DNA of 63,643 nucleotides, counting the filler, from Octopus bimaculoides (taxonomy: Eukaryota): assembly GCF_001194135.2 (NCBI RefSeq). It is 4 parts of 4 records of this genome, joined end to end, with 100 filler letters (N's around TTAATTAATTAA, not from the genome) between each part and the next. Parts side by side here need not be neighbours in the genome. Positions count along the whole stretch, not along the records: positions 1 to 26,004 come from NC_068986.1; positions 26,105 to 37,895 come from NC_068985.1; 2 more parts are not named here. One strand, given 5' to 3'. Made by a program: the position numbers and the translations under genes. Numbering within the stretch: position 1 is the first letter of the stretch; each line of letters begins with the position of its first letter. The notes beneath the pieces were generated by a model. The model had not been told where the DNA came from. It saw only the letters and a list, made by a program, of their open reading frames with translations, and searched no databases. Below, piece by piece: positions 14,699 through 28,340 of the stretch.

Positions 14699-16744
14699 CC
14701 ACTTTGACACACTGAAATTGCTCACAGGCACTGATGGGTCCAGTGGTATTCAGTACCTGAACGAAGGAAGTTGGACTGTTGAATAGATAGACCGTCGGTG
14801 AATATGTACTGTGGTATGTAGTGCAATATTGTAACAAATTCATAGTCTTGCTCTAATATGAAGAAATCATTGTATTTTTTTATACATTTCGTTGGAAAAA
14901 TTATTACTGTTAAACCTTATCTAGAACCATACTGTTTATTTTCAGCAATAAATATATGGAAATAGAATTCCCAAAGTCGTTTATCCGGAATTTTAGTGTG
15001 CTTTGACGAATACAAAGGCTTAATTTATTGAAACTCAGACAATATAGAACATGCATCTTTTTTATATTGCCCATTTAAATATCTTGTGGACTGGCAGAAT
15101 TTCAAGTATGCTGTTATGTTCTGCAACGTGTCCAGCATTTGTGAAATTTGTTTTAAAACAATGATTTATGTGTTTTTATAGTATGCGTTTCAGGTTAATT
15201 GTATCATATAAATTGCGCATTTCATTGCTCTGGTATTGTTTGTTTAATAAAGAAACTTGTACTTTCTACTTCTCTTTTGTTGTCTCTATCATGTTTCACA
15301 TCGTATATTTTGAAATTGATTTCTTTTTTGGTTTTCTACAAAATAATTACACATGTATTGATGATATTTCAGATATAAATGAGACTCTCTATATTTTATG
15401 AGTAATAAACAAAGATTAAAGATATTGAAAATAATAAGGATAAAAATAATAACAATAGTAATGAAATGGTAATAATAACAATTTCTTTCTTTGCTAAAAG
15501 TGTAATAGATTCTGACATCACAAGACGAGCATACTGAACTGGGTGAAAGACTACAGAGTGAGGGAAAAGCGAGAAATTTACTGGCTTTAGTAATTGGACT
15601 GTGGCTATGCTGGAGCACTGCATATTAGAGTATAGTCTATTACATTGATCCAGTACTTATACTCTCGATCCTGGAAGGCAAAAACGAACTACTCGAAAGC
15701 TGAACTAAGAAATTTATGGGATGTATTCAAGTAGCTTACGGTATATTGTCGGAATGTCCCTCAGCATAGTCAACCTATGCAGCAGTGGCCGAAAAGAAAA
15801 TATATAAAAGATCAAATAGAAGGAAACTCTTGTGAGACTGAACGTGTGGTTTAAAACAGACTCCTTAGACGCTCGTTTAGCTTGGTCACCAAATAGATAT
15901 CGCTGTTCGAAGCCAGTTGCATTGACCGAGACCCTTCCGAAGCCATATACAACCATTTCTTTCATAAACCAATCACATGGAGTAGAGGTTGTCTCGAACA
16001 GACATGTCGCTAATCACAGATTTCTGTGCGATACTGAGGTTACTACTGAGAGAAAAGTGCCAATCGCTCTAAATATTTAACCCTGCCTTTAGCATAGGTA
16101 TTCACCTTGAAATTATGGATAATGCCTCTCTTTTTCATGATTTTGCTGAGCACCGCCACGACAAAGCATGTTCCCAATATGCTTCTAGCTGTCAGGTAAC
16201 GAATAAAGCTCTCAGGGAAAAACTATCCGAACTCACATTAGGCTCACATAAAACCATTTCATTATTATCATATCATAATGTTGGATTATAACATTGGTAA
16301 AAGGTGAAGAATTTTGTTAGTGGAATACCTAGTCATATATGCCAATCCAATAAGAGGGATCCTTCTTAAGACTTCGCCCAGAATAATCCACGTGGTGTTG
16401 GTAACTTTTTTTGATTAAGTATTTGATTTACACACCATGCAAGGAATACGGGATTGCGAGATTACTTTTTAGGCAATTAGTCGGCTAATCAACTTCAGAA
16501 ATTTATTTCTACTAATATTATTTCATATTCTATCAACCCTAGAAGAACTGAAGAGAAGCAACTCAATTTCGAACGGACTTGAACTGAGAACGTACAAAGC
16601 AAATTATCTAAATATTGCAAATTAATTTTTGCGGTTCTGCTAGTCTATTTAACCAGAATGATCAAATACTAAGCTACTTTGGTTGGAACTGAATTCAGAA
16701 CTTAAAGACCCAGAAGAAAACCACAGGGCATTGTAGCTGACGCC

Positions 16745-18510
16745 CTAACAAAGCTACCAGCCCATTGCTCTTAATGGATTTTGGAAACACTCGACATGTG
16801 AGGAATAGCTGAGAACATGTGTGCACTGATTAAGAATAGCATGCCTAGTTTTCTGTAACAACCAGCATTTAGCAGAGGTAACGATCAAAAGAGATATCTT
16901 CCAAGGAGACTCTTGTTCCCCTCTATTATTTGTAATAAGCTTTGATCCCACTTTTTGTAGTCCTACGTAAAATCAACGTGCACTATGAGCTGAGAAAGAA
17001 CGGAGCTCGTCTCAACCACTTTCTCTTCTTCATGGTTGATTTAAAACTGTTTACAAAAGCAGAACCTGAAATGGAGAGGCTGTTTGAGACTGTGCAAATG
17101 TGCAGCAAGGATATAGGGATGGAATTCGGTATTTCGAAGTGTGTGGTGCTTACTTCGAAGCGGGGGAAAAGAGTAAATTGTGGGAGCATAGAATTGCCAC
17201 ACGGAGAAAGAATAGAAAATCCGCATGATGATGGGTACAAGTAGCTTGTGATCCTAGAGCTGGACTATATCTTGCACAGAGAAATGAAAGACAAAGTCAT
17301 CACTGCATATTTCAAGCGCCTCAAACTTCTCTTGAAATCAAAGCTCAACTCAAGAAGCCTTGTGACTGCCATCAACATATGAGCTGTTGCTGTAGTCCGC
17401 TATAGTGCACCCATCCTGAGATGGACACAAGCGGAGATTGACCAACTCGATTGCACTACCCAAATACAATGACAGTGCATGGTTCCCTCCACTCTAAGGC
17501 AAATGTACACAGGCTCTACATAACGAGTGGTAAGGGTGGACGTGGACTGATTAGCATACGGGAGTGCATCAACAGTGAAAGAAGAAACATGGTAGAATAT
17601 TTGGTAAACAGCAAAGAAGACCTGCTACAGTATGCTGCTAGTGCAGAAGGAGTTAACAACAATGGATTTGAGAGTGCTCATGAATTCTGAACAAGAACAG
17701 CCAACGAAAGAGAAGAAATCCTACTCTGTATGGAATTACATGGTCAGTTCCACTGTGAGACCAACAAATTAAAAGATCAGGAAGCATTATAGAGGTGGCG
17801 CAACAGAGGTGAGCTATAAAAGAATACTGAAAGCCTAATCACCACGGTCCAGGACCAGGCATTGAATACTAATTCAGTGAAAATGAATATATACCACGCA
17901 AGTGCATTGGACCTCAGCAGAATGAGTGGAAAGAAGGTCGAAAGTGTGACTCACATTGTTAGTGCCTGTGAAAGTCTCGCCAAAAAAGAGTACAAGCGTA
18001 GGCACGAGAAAGTAGCCCAACGCCTCCACTGGCTACTATGCCGTAAGTATGGATATATGAGATTACGGGTGCTTGGTACCAACATACACCGGAAAATAAT
18101 GGACGAAAAGGGGAAGGCAAAAATCCCCTGGAACTTTGATTTCCAGACAGACTTTGATTTGCAGAACGTGTTAGAACACCGAAGGCCGGATACAGCAACT
18201 TTTAGGAGGGACAAACAAGAGTGTCTAGTAATCGATGTAGCAGTGCCAGGAGATCAATATATCATCATGAAAGAAAGAGAAAAAGTTGATAAGTATGGAG
18301 ACTTGAGAATTGAGATCGCTAAGATGTGGCAGCTACGAGAGTCGAACACAAAGGTTATCCCTATTGTCATCGGAGCATTGGGTTCAATACCACCCAATCT
18401 GAAAAAAACACCTGAAAACCTTAGAGATACCCTACAGTCTAAATGTATTGCAAAAGTCGGCGTTACTTGGAACTGCACGCATATTGCGTAAAATACTGTC
18501 TGTCTGAGGT
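16745..18510 (+). mobile_element. 5'-truncated R4/Dong-clade LINE (RT C-half, CCHC, PD-(D/E)XK endonuclease)
   Basis: IFQGDSCSPLLF, NHFLFFMVDLKLF (YMDD-type), ESVTHIVSACESLAKKEYKRRH, RRPDT..CLVIDVAVPGD..KYGDL..KVIPIVIGALG. Confidence 0.93.
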
Positions 18511-18534
18511 TAAGCAGCTGTAGTCGCTAAAAAA

Positions 18535-18783
18535 GGTGGTGGTAGTACTAATAATTGTCGGAGCTCTGGGAACAGTGAGCAAAAATCTCGAGAAGTACGT
18601 GGAACAAATAGGGGCTGCAATAAGGGTGGGGCACTTGCAGAAAACAGCACTGCTTGGAACCGCCCGAATACTCCGGAAGGTGCTCGAATAATAAGAGGTG
18701 TTACCTTGGTTTTTTGATAGTGAACAGCTGACACAATATTACATCATCAGCGTTAGAAACTGTGCAAAGGCAATAATAATAAC
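18535..18783 (+). mobile_element. Second R4/Dong 3' end abutting the previous element
   Basis: IIVGALGTVSKNLEKYVEQIGAAIRVGHLQKTALLGTARILRKVLE, then UTR and TAA. Confidence 0.85.
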
Positions 18784-18784
18784 A

Positions 18785-19402
18785 ACCCTTTCTGCCGTAG
18801 GCACACAGCCGGTAGTTTGGAGGAAGGATTAAGTCGATTACATCGACCCCAGTACTCAACTGGTGCTTAATTTATCGACCCCGAAAGGATAACGGGCAAA
18901 GTCTGCCTCGGCGGCATTTGAACTCAAAACGCAACGACAGACGAAATACCGCTAAGCATTTCACCCGGCGTGATAACGATTTTGCCATGTCATCGCTTTA
19001 ATAATAATGATAATTATTATTTCTACTCTAGGCACAAGGCCTTGAAAATTTTGGGGGAAGGGAGGTAGTCGATCACATCGACCCCCAGCACTTAACTGGT
19101 ACTTATTTTACCGACCTCGAAAGGATGAAAAGGCAAAGTCGACCTCGGCGGAGTTATAATGATGATGATGATGATGATAATAATAATAATCTTTTCTACT
19201 ATAGATACAAAGCCTGAAATTTTGGGGAAGGAGACTAGTCAATAACATCGACTCCAATATTTTACTGGTAGTTAATTTATCGATTCCGAAAGGATGAAAG
19301 GCAAAGTCGACTTCAGCGGAATTGGAACTCAAAACGCAACTGCAAACGAAATACCGCTAAGCATTTCGCCCGGCGTGATAACGATTCTGACAGCTCGCTG
19401 CC

Positions 19403-19494
<92 letters not shown>

Positions 19495-20080
19495 TTCTAC
19501 TATAGGCACATGATCTGAAATTGACCCTGAAAGGATGATGGGTAAAATCGACCTCGGCGGAATTTGAACTCAGAACGTAAAGACAGACGAAATGCCGCTA
19601 AGTATTTTTTCCAGCCCGCCATCTCGTCGCTTTAACAATAATAATGATAAAAATCCTTTCTGCTATAGGCACAACGCCTGAAAGTTTGTGAGAGTGGGAC
19701 TACTCGATTACATCAACCCCAGTACTCAATTGTTACTTATTTAATCGACCCCGAAAGATTGAAAAGCAAAGTCGACTCCGGTGAAATTGGAACTCAGAAT
19801 GTGGCGAGGGACGAAATACCGCTAAGTATTTCGCAGCGGCGTGCTAACGATTCTGCCAGCTCGCCGTTTTAACAGTAATAATCTTTTCTATTATAGGCAC
19901 AAGGCCTGAAATTTTCGAGGCGGGGGTTAAGTCGATAGCATCGACCCCAGTGCGTAACTGGTATTTGTTTAATGAGCCCCGAAAGGATGAAAAGTAAAGT
20001 CAACCTCGGCAGAATTTGAACACAGAAGCAAACGAAATACCGTCTGGCATGCTAACGATTCTGCCAGCTCACCACCTTTA
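18785..20080 (-). mobile_element. Head-to-tail array of about 6 family-1 SINEs separated by TAA/TGA tracts
   Basis: Same motifs as 1155-2695. Copies are individually diverged. Confidence 0.9.
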
Positions 20081-21907
20081 ACAGTAAAAATGATAATAAT
20101 GAGGATTTCTTACACAGACACAAAGCAAAAGGCACTTTAGCCGGAGAGAATAGTCGATTTAATAGAAGGATTTGATCTCAGTGATTTACTTAATTCACCA
20201 ACTGAAAATAGGTGGGATTTGATCTCAGTGAAGCAAAATCGACATAAGTAAATAAATACTACTAGACATTTTATACAAGCACTTCTGTTTCTGCCTTAAA
20301 TAGAAAATATCATGTGACCAATATAAACTGCTTACGTCTTTTTGTTTAGATTTGTTTTTTTGTTACTGATATGATATTGACCGATTTTAATTTTATTTCA
20401 CAGCGGGTTACAAAGACTACATTTTCTGTGATTTGTTTGTTGCTATCAAGATCTTGATTACGAAGAGATCATTATGAGAAAAACGCTACTTCGAAAAGAA
20501 TTTGTGTATTCTATTGATTTTTTGTTTGGACGTAATGTTTTGTTTGTTTTAGACAATTTGAAGGAAGTTTTAAATCTCCCAACAGCATGTTTAGAGTAAC
20601 GACTTTCGGTATTTCTTATCAGATAAACTCGGCACGTTTCAATATAATATTGATTTATTACAGAAACTAGACCCACATTTATAGAAATATAACATCGGAT
20701 GGTTGGTGTGTAAACAGAACTTTAATACTTTAAATTTGAATGTTGGCTCCTTGGGTAAATAGTTTAAAAAGAAAAAAACAAAACAAAACAGAAACGATAT
20801 TGACTATAGATGTTTCGGTCGGTTTTGCGAAGAAAATTTAATTGCAAAATAAAATATTATCATACATTAAGATAATAAATATGTCTCTATTATATTAGCA
20901 AATGAAAGTCAAATAGTCAGACTACTTAGAAAGTAGTGATTAATATCGATATAGGTCGCTAAAAGTACTGCAAACTAAGAATTGTTAATATACAGAAAAA
21001 AAAAAAAAATACAGCAATGTCACTTCTGTCTTTTCAACATGCCACTACTAAATGGAAATATGAAAAGTTCATGAAAGAAAAAAAGAAACAAACAAACAAA
21101 GACAAGTGGATAACTGTAAGTCAGCATATTTAAATATAGCTATACTAGAGTAAATCATGTGACTGAGAAACTAGACGTATGCATTTGAAATTTTCCACTT
21201 CATATCCAGTGTCAGAGAAGTGTAGCACTAGAAAATGAAATAAATGTACTTTGCAGAGATAATCATCTTTAGATAAATAAGTTCTAGAAATTCTGTTATA
21301 ACAACAACAGTAACATTCTGCAATCGTACATTTCAGCACGCAAGAGTAATGGCAGTGTGAATAAAAATGCATCGTTTTATTCTCAATACGTTCTGGCAGA
21401 TTCGAAATAAATATGCTAATCGCTATTGTGTTCGTCACAGGAGAACAGCTTATTGGTTTAACAATAAGATCTTCATAACATACTCGACTCATTAGTGCAT
21501 GGGATTTTGGGAAATCAGCGTTTTGATATATGTCTCACCAGCCAGAAATATCCAAACCTTTGAGTCAAAACAAAAAAAAAAATTAAAATAAAGCCAATGA
21601 CTCTTGTTTATAATTTCTGACTAACAACACACTACATGCCGAAACATTAGTGTTCCAAAGTCCCTTAAGCCGAGTGGTGTTATGAAAACATTGTCGTCAG
21701 AAAAAGGAGAAGCTGTTTTTCTGTTACTTACTCAACAGCGATAAGCCTATTTACGTCCGAATCTATCGGAACTTATTGAGAATAAATATGCAAGTCACCG
21801 TTTCAGATTTCATTGATCACAGTGCAAAGGCGATTTAGTAATGTATTCCTTGCCTTCTTTATTACTTTACTAATTAATCAGCGTTAGTTTTAATATTTTC
21901 CCACTGG

Positions 21908-22095
21908 AAAGCGGTGAGCTGGCAGAATCGTTAGCATTTCGTCCATCTTTAGGGTTCTAAGTTCAAATTTCGCTGAGGTTGACTTTGCCTGTCATCCTTA
22001 CGAGGTCCATGAAATAATAAGTCCCAGCGGAGCACTGGGAACGATGTAATCCACTTACTCCTTCTCAAAACTGCTGGCTTTGTGCCGAATGTGAA
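21908..22095 (+). mobile_element. Family-1 SINE with an internal deletion
   Basis: GCGGTGAGCTGGCAGAATCG head, AAGTTCAAATTTC, core remnant. Confidence 0.85.
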
Positions 22096-22774
22096 ACTAA
22101 TATTTGTCCACAGGTTAAATACTGTAACATTACTGTAAGTTCATAAAATATAGATTAAACTTTTCTACTGCTTACAACGAAGAAGTATACACTCCATTAT
22201 ATTATTTTACGCAGCGTATTTTGAACTATTAGCAACTGAGTTTACTTGTTTAGGACAAAGTCATGTTCCCATTGATTTTTTGTTGGTTGTTCAGCACTCA
22301 GCCAGCTGTGGGTTTTGTTGGGTCAATAGGAAAACATCATTTGAGACAAACTCGCAATGTAATTTGATAAACTTGTTCTGTCAAGTTTGAGAGAGGTAAT
22401 TTATTTGTTATTTAAGTGAATAGTGTAAAAATTAGTTTTCTTATGAAAAGAATGGTGTCTGGGATTATAATCACACTATACTGAACAGATCTATTGAAAT
22501 GGATTCTATGGAAGCTGCTATATTCTTTTTAAATCATTAAAGAGCGATGAATGCATCTACAAGTTGTGTTCTACGCTTTAAGAGAATAATTTGTGGTTAA
22601 ACTTTACTTCAAGCAGACTATATATTGAGAAAAACTGATATTACTTTTATCAACAGAAAAACGTAGTCTATAAGCTTCCAGCCCGAGCGTCATAGAGAGA
22701 AGCCATGGATGCTACGAAAATTCAATTTAATACAACTGACTAAGAAAAAAAGAAAAACAAAACAAAACAAAAAG

Positions 22775-23140
22775 CTTGCTTTCCAGTCATGTGGTCTTGT
22801 GAAAATATCTTCTATTAAAGCCTTGTGACTGGATTTGGTAGACGGAAACTGAAAGCAGTCTGTTGCGTGTATATATACATATATATCTATGTGTGTGCAT
22901 TTATGTATATACCTATGTGTGTGTCTTCGTTAGTATTATGTTTCTCCTCTGTCATCAGCTGAGAAATGTGTTAGGATTTTTCGCCCCCGTAACTAGGCTT
23001 TTCAGTAGAAAGACCGACAGATTAAGTACTAGGCTTAAAAACATTAAAAACAGTACTGGGGTCGATTTGTTCGACTAAACTCCTCCAAGGTGGTGCTCCA
23101 ATGTGGTCGCAGCCCAATGACTGAAACAAGTAAAAGATAA
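22775..23140 (+). mobile_element. Family-2 SINE (internal TA/TG microsatellite), head decayed
   Basis: GGATTTGGTAGACGGAAACTGAAAG, internal microsatellite, CCCCGTAACT..AGACCGA..TAAGTACTAGGCTT..CTGGGGTCGATTTG..ATGACTGAAACAAGTAAAAG. Confidence 0.85.
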
Positions 23141-23994
23141 CGTGCTTCGTGTGCGTTAATCTGAAGGAAATAATGAGGATGAGATTACAGAAATGTTAGA
23201 AACCTCTGATTTAGACTATCACGTGATCTTGGTATTCTTTCTTGCAGTTGTGGGTGTTTAGCTCTAAGTCTATGTTAGTCCAATTGATCTATGACCTGAG
23301 ACATTCCAACTTTAAATATCGAGTTATTTACAGGACTCCGAAGGAAACGTTATTATCCACTGCGTTCTAACATTTTTTAAAGACGACAAAATGGGATTTG
23401 AAAGAAAAATGGCTGCTGTTTCTAGCACATCAAAAGTCTTTCTAGAAGTATTATGAAACACGAGAATAATCTTGTCTGAGGATTGAAACGGATTTGTAAT
23501 CTGGTTTCACTGAGATCCCCATCACCGTTTTCAACATTAATGCAAAGAACACACGTCAACTTCTTCTAGTATATATTAAAAAAAATATCTAGAGTAGGGA
23601 GGTATTCCACAAAGGGATTATCCAATAGATTCATTTCATAATGACACGAGGACATGGATTTCTGTAGAACTGTGTTAAGATTATATGATATTCATACTGA
23701 TATTAAGTGGTATCAGTAAAGCAGATAACAGTAAACACTAAAACGAGTTGTTGAACTTTGCTCACACAGAATTTTGTGCTGAAGATTACGGAACAGAAAA
23801 AAAGTATCCGTTGCAGATACATTGTACGAATGCGCAGGCTTACGTACACGCATACATACTGAGTCTCGCACATAGAACCAAGTAAATTACTCATGAATGC
23901 ATATGGTCATTATCCGAATAAAAATATTAACAAATATACATGATTAACATGTTTATGCATCAGCATGGCCGCAGCTCTGAGCTGAAACTTTGAA

Positions 23995-24420
23995 ATGAAA
24001 TTGAAATGAAATATGTATATGCGAATATGTATATATATGTGTGTGTGTGTGTGTGTACTTTTATTCTTTTATTTGTCTCAGTCATTTGACTGCAGCCATG
24101 CTGGAGCACTGCCTTTAATCGATCGAATCGACCCCAGGACTTATTCATTGTAAGTCAAGTAATTATTCTATCGGTCTTTTTTGCGAAACGCTAAGTTACG
24201 GGGACATAAATACACCAACATTGGTTGTCAAGCGATGGTGGAGAAACAAACACCCAAATAATACCTATATATATATATATGACGGGTTTCTTTCAGTTTC
24301 CGTCTATCAAATCCTCTCACAAGGCTTTGTTCGGCCAGAGGTTCTAGTAGAAGACACTTGCTCAAGGTTCCACGCAGTGGCATAGAGAAAAAAATTTATC
24401 GTCACTCACACTACGCTCTC
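23995..24420 (-). mobile_element. Family-2 SINE
   Basis: Reverse complement of the family-2 motifs. Confidence 0.85.
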
Positions 24421-24505
24421 ACCCCCCCCCCCCNNNNNNNNNNTCTACCAAATTCACACACAGACACACAGGCACACAGACGCACAGACACACACACACG
24501 CTCAA

Positions 24506-24536
<31 letters not shown>

Positions 24537-24567
24537 CGTGCGTGTCTGATGTGTGAGTGTGTGTGTG

Positions 24568-24606
<39 letters not shown>

Positions 24607-25064
24607 ATATCTATCTATCTATCTATCTATCTATCTGTCTGTCTATCTATTTATCTGCCTCCCCATTCTCTCTCTCCCTCTCTCTTTCATATATATATAT
24701 ATATATATATATATGCGAGTAAAAATAAATACAAAAAAGGGGGGTTTTGTATGATTGTGTATAGAGGAATATATTATTTTGTTTAAAAGAGTTTCAACAC
24801 TGTCTGTTTTTTATGTTTTATTTATATTCCTGCAAAACCAATGTGGGATATAGAATATGGAATATACAATATATAATATAAAATAAAAATGGATGGTACT
24901 ATGAAATAAAGTATTGAATGTCTTATTGAATATATGGAATATGTCTTATTGAATAGATGAAATATTGAGTGTTCAATATAAAGGATTAAATATATAGAGG
25001 CAAAAACGTATTTTCTATACCTTGTGGTATTTCATCATGGCCGGTATGACAGACTTTAACAGAC

Positions 25065-25112
<48 letters not shown>

Positions 25113-26004
25113 ACTTTGTGTATTTATATTCGTGCCGCCACCTGTGTTGTTTGTTTTCGTCACTGGCCTCAACTTTCGGTTACTATTCCAGCAGGTTTTT
25201 AACCGCTGACGCTGCCAAAATTGAATAATATTATCGTTAAAGGCGTAAAATTGTAAGGATTTTTTTTAACGATAACCGAAGTGTGTCTATTCCGTTCACT
25301 CCTGTGTCGTGCATCTGTTTAATTTTTTAAACTTATTATTCAGCATAACACCACGCATCCATATACATTTGTTCCGTCTACATAGCAGTGTACATACATA
25401 CATACATACATACGTACGTACGTACCTACATACAAACACACACGCACACGCACACACACGAACACACACACATATATATACCGTATGTGTATTACACAAA
25501 TAATATCCGTTATAAATACACTATAATAAATATGAAGATAATAAATTTAAAAAAAAAAACTATGGTGATATTAGAAACGAGTGCGCGCAGGTACACACTC
25601 ATGATAAACATGTATAGATAGACAAATATATATTTATACATGTATGTGTATACGTGTATGTGAGCACGCGCGCTTGCGAACATGTGCGTATGAGTGTGAG
25701 AATCAGGACCGATTCTAGGGATTTAATCTTGATCATGGAAATTTCAAAATCAAACCCATTTAATTGAAGTCGGGTACGTATAGCAGTATATCCCCACTTT
25801 CCAGCTGTGTCTCTTAAAATGAAAGATTTGTATTAAAATCAGGTTTAGTATTTTCGTTCAGGTTTTTATGTGTGAGGCAAGCATTAGATTCATAGTATTC
25901 GTTAATGAAACGCCACTCATACATGCATACAGACATAAATACATACATATATACAGATATACACACACATACATACATATATGTATATATATATATATAT
26001 ATAT

Positions 26005-26104
26005 NNNNNNNNNNNNNNNNNNNNNNNNNNNNNNNNNNNNNNNNNNNNTTAATTAATTAANNNNNNNNNNNNNNNNNNNNNNNNNNNNNNNNNNNNNNNN
26101 NNNN
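26005..26104. other. Assembly linker: 44 N, TTAATTAATTAA, 44 N (also 37896-37995 and 54821-54920)
   Basis: The same 100-bp construct occurs three times. The 12-mer has stops in all six frames. Confidence 0.92.
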
Positions 26105-26197
26105 TATATATATATATATATTGGTAGTTTCTTTTTGAATTAACCTAAAATGTTATCTTATGCATTTCTTTATCTATTTGTACCTCTCACTCTCTCC

Positions 26198-26233
<36 letters not shown>

Positions 26234-26354
26234 TTATCTGGATGTATCATCTTAGGTGTTTTCGTTATTATATCTAATTAATAGTTTGTATGTATGTGAG
26301 GATTTGTATACGTGCAAATATATTCGTGTGACTTCACAGGCGTGTATGAATATC

Positions 26355-26450
26355 TACGAGGCCTGATCAAAAAGTATCCAGACTGTTGCCATGGTAATGA
26401 AGCTAAAGTACGCAGAGTGTAGTGGTTGGTAGAGAATTATAATTCCTTTA
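26355..26450 (+). mobile_element. Mariner-type terminal fragment
   Basis: TACGAGGCCTGATCAAAAAGTATCCAGACT resembles mariner TIRs. No ORF. Confidence 0.45.
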
Positions 26451-26805
26451 AGTATTGAGTCAGCTTTCCAGCAACTGATTTTGCTGTTATTGTAAGCTTA
26501 CCTTGAAATAATAATTTAATTTAACTTAGAACTATATGTGTGTCTGTATGTGTGTGTCTGTATGTGTGTGTCTGTATGCGTGTGTCTGTGTCTGTGTGTC
26601 TGTATGTGTGTTTTAGTTGATTTGCATTGTACGAATTGACAATGTCATATGAGTTGTGTGTGACTGTGCTTATATATTTATGTGTGTGTATGTATGTGTG
26701 TATGTGTGTGTGTGAGTGTATGAGAGAGAGAGAGAGTTTGCATTTAAGTGCAATGTTGTGAATAGTTGAACTGTCGCCTTTTTCTATCCATGTGACTTTT
26801 GACAG

Positions 26806-27341
26806 AGTTTCACTTTCCAGAAACGGCTTCAAACCTACGTCGGGACATCACAGCGGAGACATCATTAATGAACGACTTGGACAAGCGATTGAACCTTGAC
26901 ATGGACTGTGGAGGAGGTATGCCGGACTCGTTCTGCAAACGCAATCTAAGTTTACTGACTTCTGCAACGCTGCCGGAATTGATGGCTAACAATGGCAGAG
27001 CGAATGGGTCGGCAGGCAGCGAGCATACCTCATGGTTGTTTCATACAGCCTATCCATCATGGGATGGAGGCAAGAATTCCGGTGACATCTCTTATGCCCC
27101 GAATCGAGCAGGTATCGCAGTACATCCCTGGTCCTCGCCGTACGCTGCGACTCTCTCTACTCGTTATGCCAGTAACACCGCCCCTAAAACAGTCACATCC
27201 TACAAAACAAAGCCGTATTCCAGTAATGTTTACGACACCACCGCGCCCTACGCATCGGTTTCAGTCGACGCATGTGAGAAGCTTAATCTGCCTTCTTATT
27301 TGTCAGGTTTCTCTGCTTCGGGTTTCACCATGAGTTGCTAA
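26806..27341 (+). CDS. Terminal coding exon (phase 1) of an unidentified gene; S/T/A/P/Y/G-rich C-terminus ending FSASGFTMSC
   Basis: Non-repetitive, GC-elevated ORF of about 178 codons. Pyrimidine-rich acceptor TTTTGACAG at 26805, second in-frame acceptor TTTCCAG at 26820, stop TAA, then AT-rich UTR-like sequence. Confidence 0.75.
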
Positions 27342-28281
27342 TCAGCAGCTCTAGGTGAACTTTCCCGGCCTTCTTCTGCTATTGCTGCTGCTATCAGTGC
27401 CGTACGGCTATGATCCGCAATCGATTTTTCACAAGATCGAGAGCGTACTGTGTAACTGTTAACCTATGTCTAAATTATGTTTGCAACTTCTTGTAAATTC
27501 TTCTGTACGTTGATATATATATGAGTTTTTATTCATTTTCTTGCTTTGCTTTCGCTTCGTCTTGCCAAACAGCACTGCCAAACTTTATTGTTGTTGTCAT
27601 CTAGAATGGAATGTTAGAGATAGTTATGTATTATTGTCAGGTAAATCTATTTAACCCTAAAAAATATTTCTGTACTGATTTGAAGCTATATGTACACAAA
27701 GATATGTCAGATATTGTGGTAATAATGCATTGTGGAATATTATTCTGAATGCGAATTATATTAAATATAAAAATGTCAAAGAAAAAGGCAAATGCATTAT
27801 ATCATTATATGATCATGTATTTTATTTTATTTATTTATTTTGTTAACCAAGAATATATATTCAAAATTTTGAAAGTAAATCTGGAAATTCGTTGACATGC
27901 ATGCAGAAAGATTTTTAAAATATCAAAAGTGCTAAATATAGTCTCATATCTTCTGGGTTTGTTTTCTTTTCTGGCCATATAATATGTACATTCGATGCTT
28001 TCATCACCCATATTCAGCATATAGTTAAAGAAGTCTTTATCAACGATGTTTTACTGAAAAAATTCAATTATGAACAATAGCTTATGATAGACTGAGCTAA
28101 AAAAGAAAAAAAAAGAAAACTTTAGATAGAAAATAAGTAGAAAGCTGTCTGCATGGTTCGAGCCATGCATCTCCTGTAACCCAAACAGACGCACTATGAA
28201 TTGTCTCAAAGCATTCCTCGCGTGTGTCAAGGCTGCTTTTTATCTCTCCAAAGTCTGTAAGAAAAGTAGACCATCCCCTTC

Positions 28282-28340
28282 CACTTCCTCATTCGACTAT
28301 AAAAGCTGGTCAAGATCTACCTCAGATGAATTCAGTATTT
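28282..28340 (+). promoter_or_regulatory. Candidate TATA/Inr core promoter
   Basis: TATAAAAG at 28298-28305, TCAGAT and TCAGTA Inr-like sites at 28322 and 28332, upstream ETS-like ACTTCC. Spacing is imperfect (-26 and -36). Confidence 0.3.

Noticed and set aside
15714-16080. Opposing 82-83 aa ORFs; YGFGRVS resembles a serine-recombinase start
   Set aside because: Only a few residues match and there are no further catalytic motifs.
18785-20080. CRISPR-like repeat-spacer appearance
   Set aside because: Units are ~200-bp diverged SINEs with microsatellite spacers in a eukaryotic context, and there are no cas genes.
20403-20480. Strong acceptor TTTTATTTCACAG (also 21738, 25194), and lone GTAAGT donors at 41455 and near 54532
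   Set aside because: No compatible open frame with a partner site. Such signals are expected by chance in AT-rich DNA.
21145-21492. 115-aa Cys-containing minus-strand ORF
   Set aside because: No domain pattern or convincing splice sites, and composition matches AT-rich non-coding DNA.
26805-26825. EFHFPET resembles the T-box F.FPET motif
   Set aside because: The invariant continuation FIAVTAYQN..LKI..NPFAKGF is absent, so no gene symbol is assigned.
26992-27333. Overlapping 113-aa ORF in another plus frame
   Set aside because: Shadow ORF of a GC-richer exon, with no independent splice or motif support.
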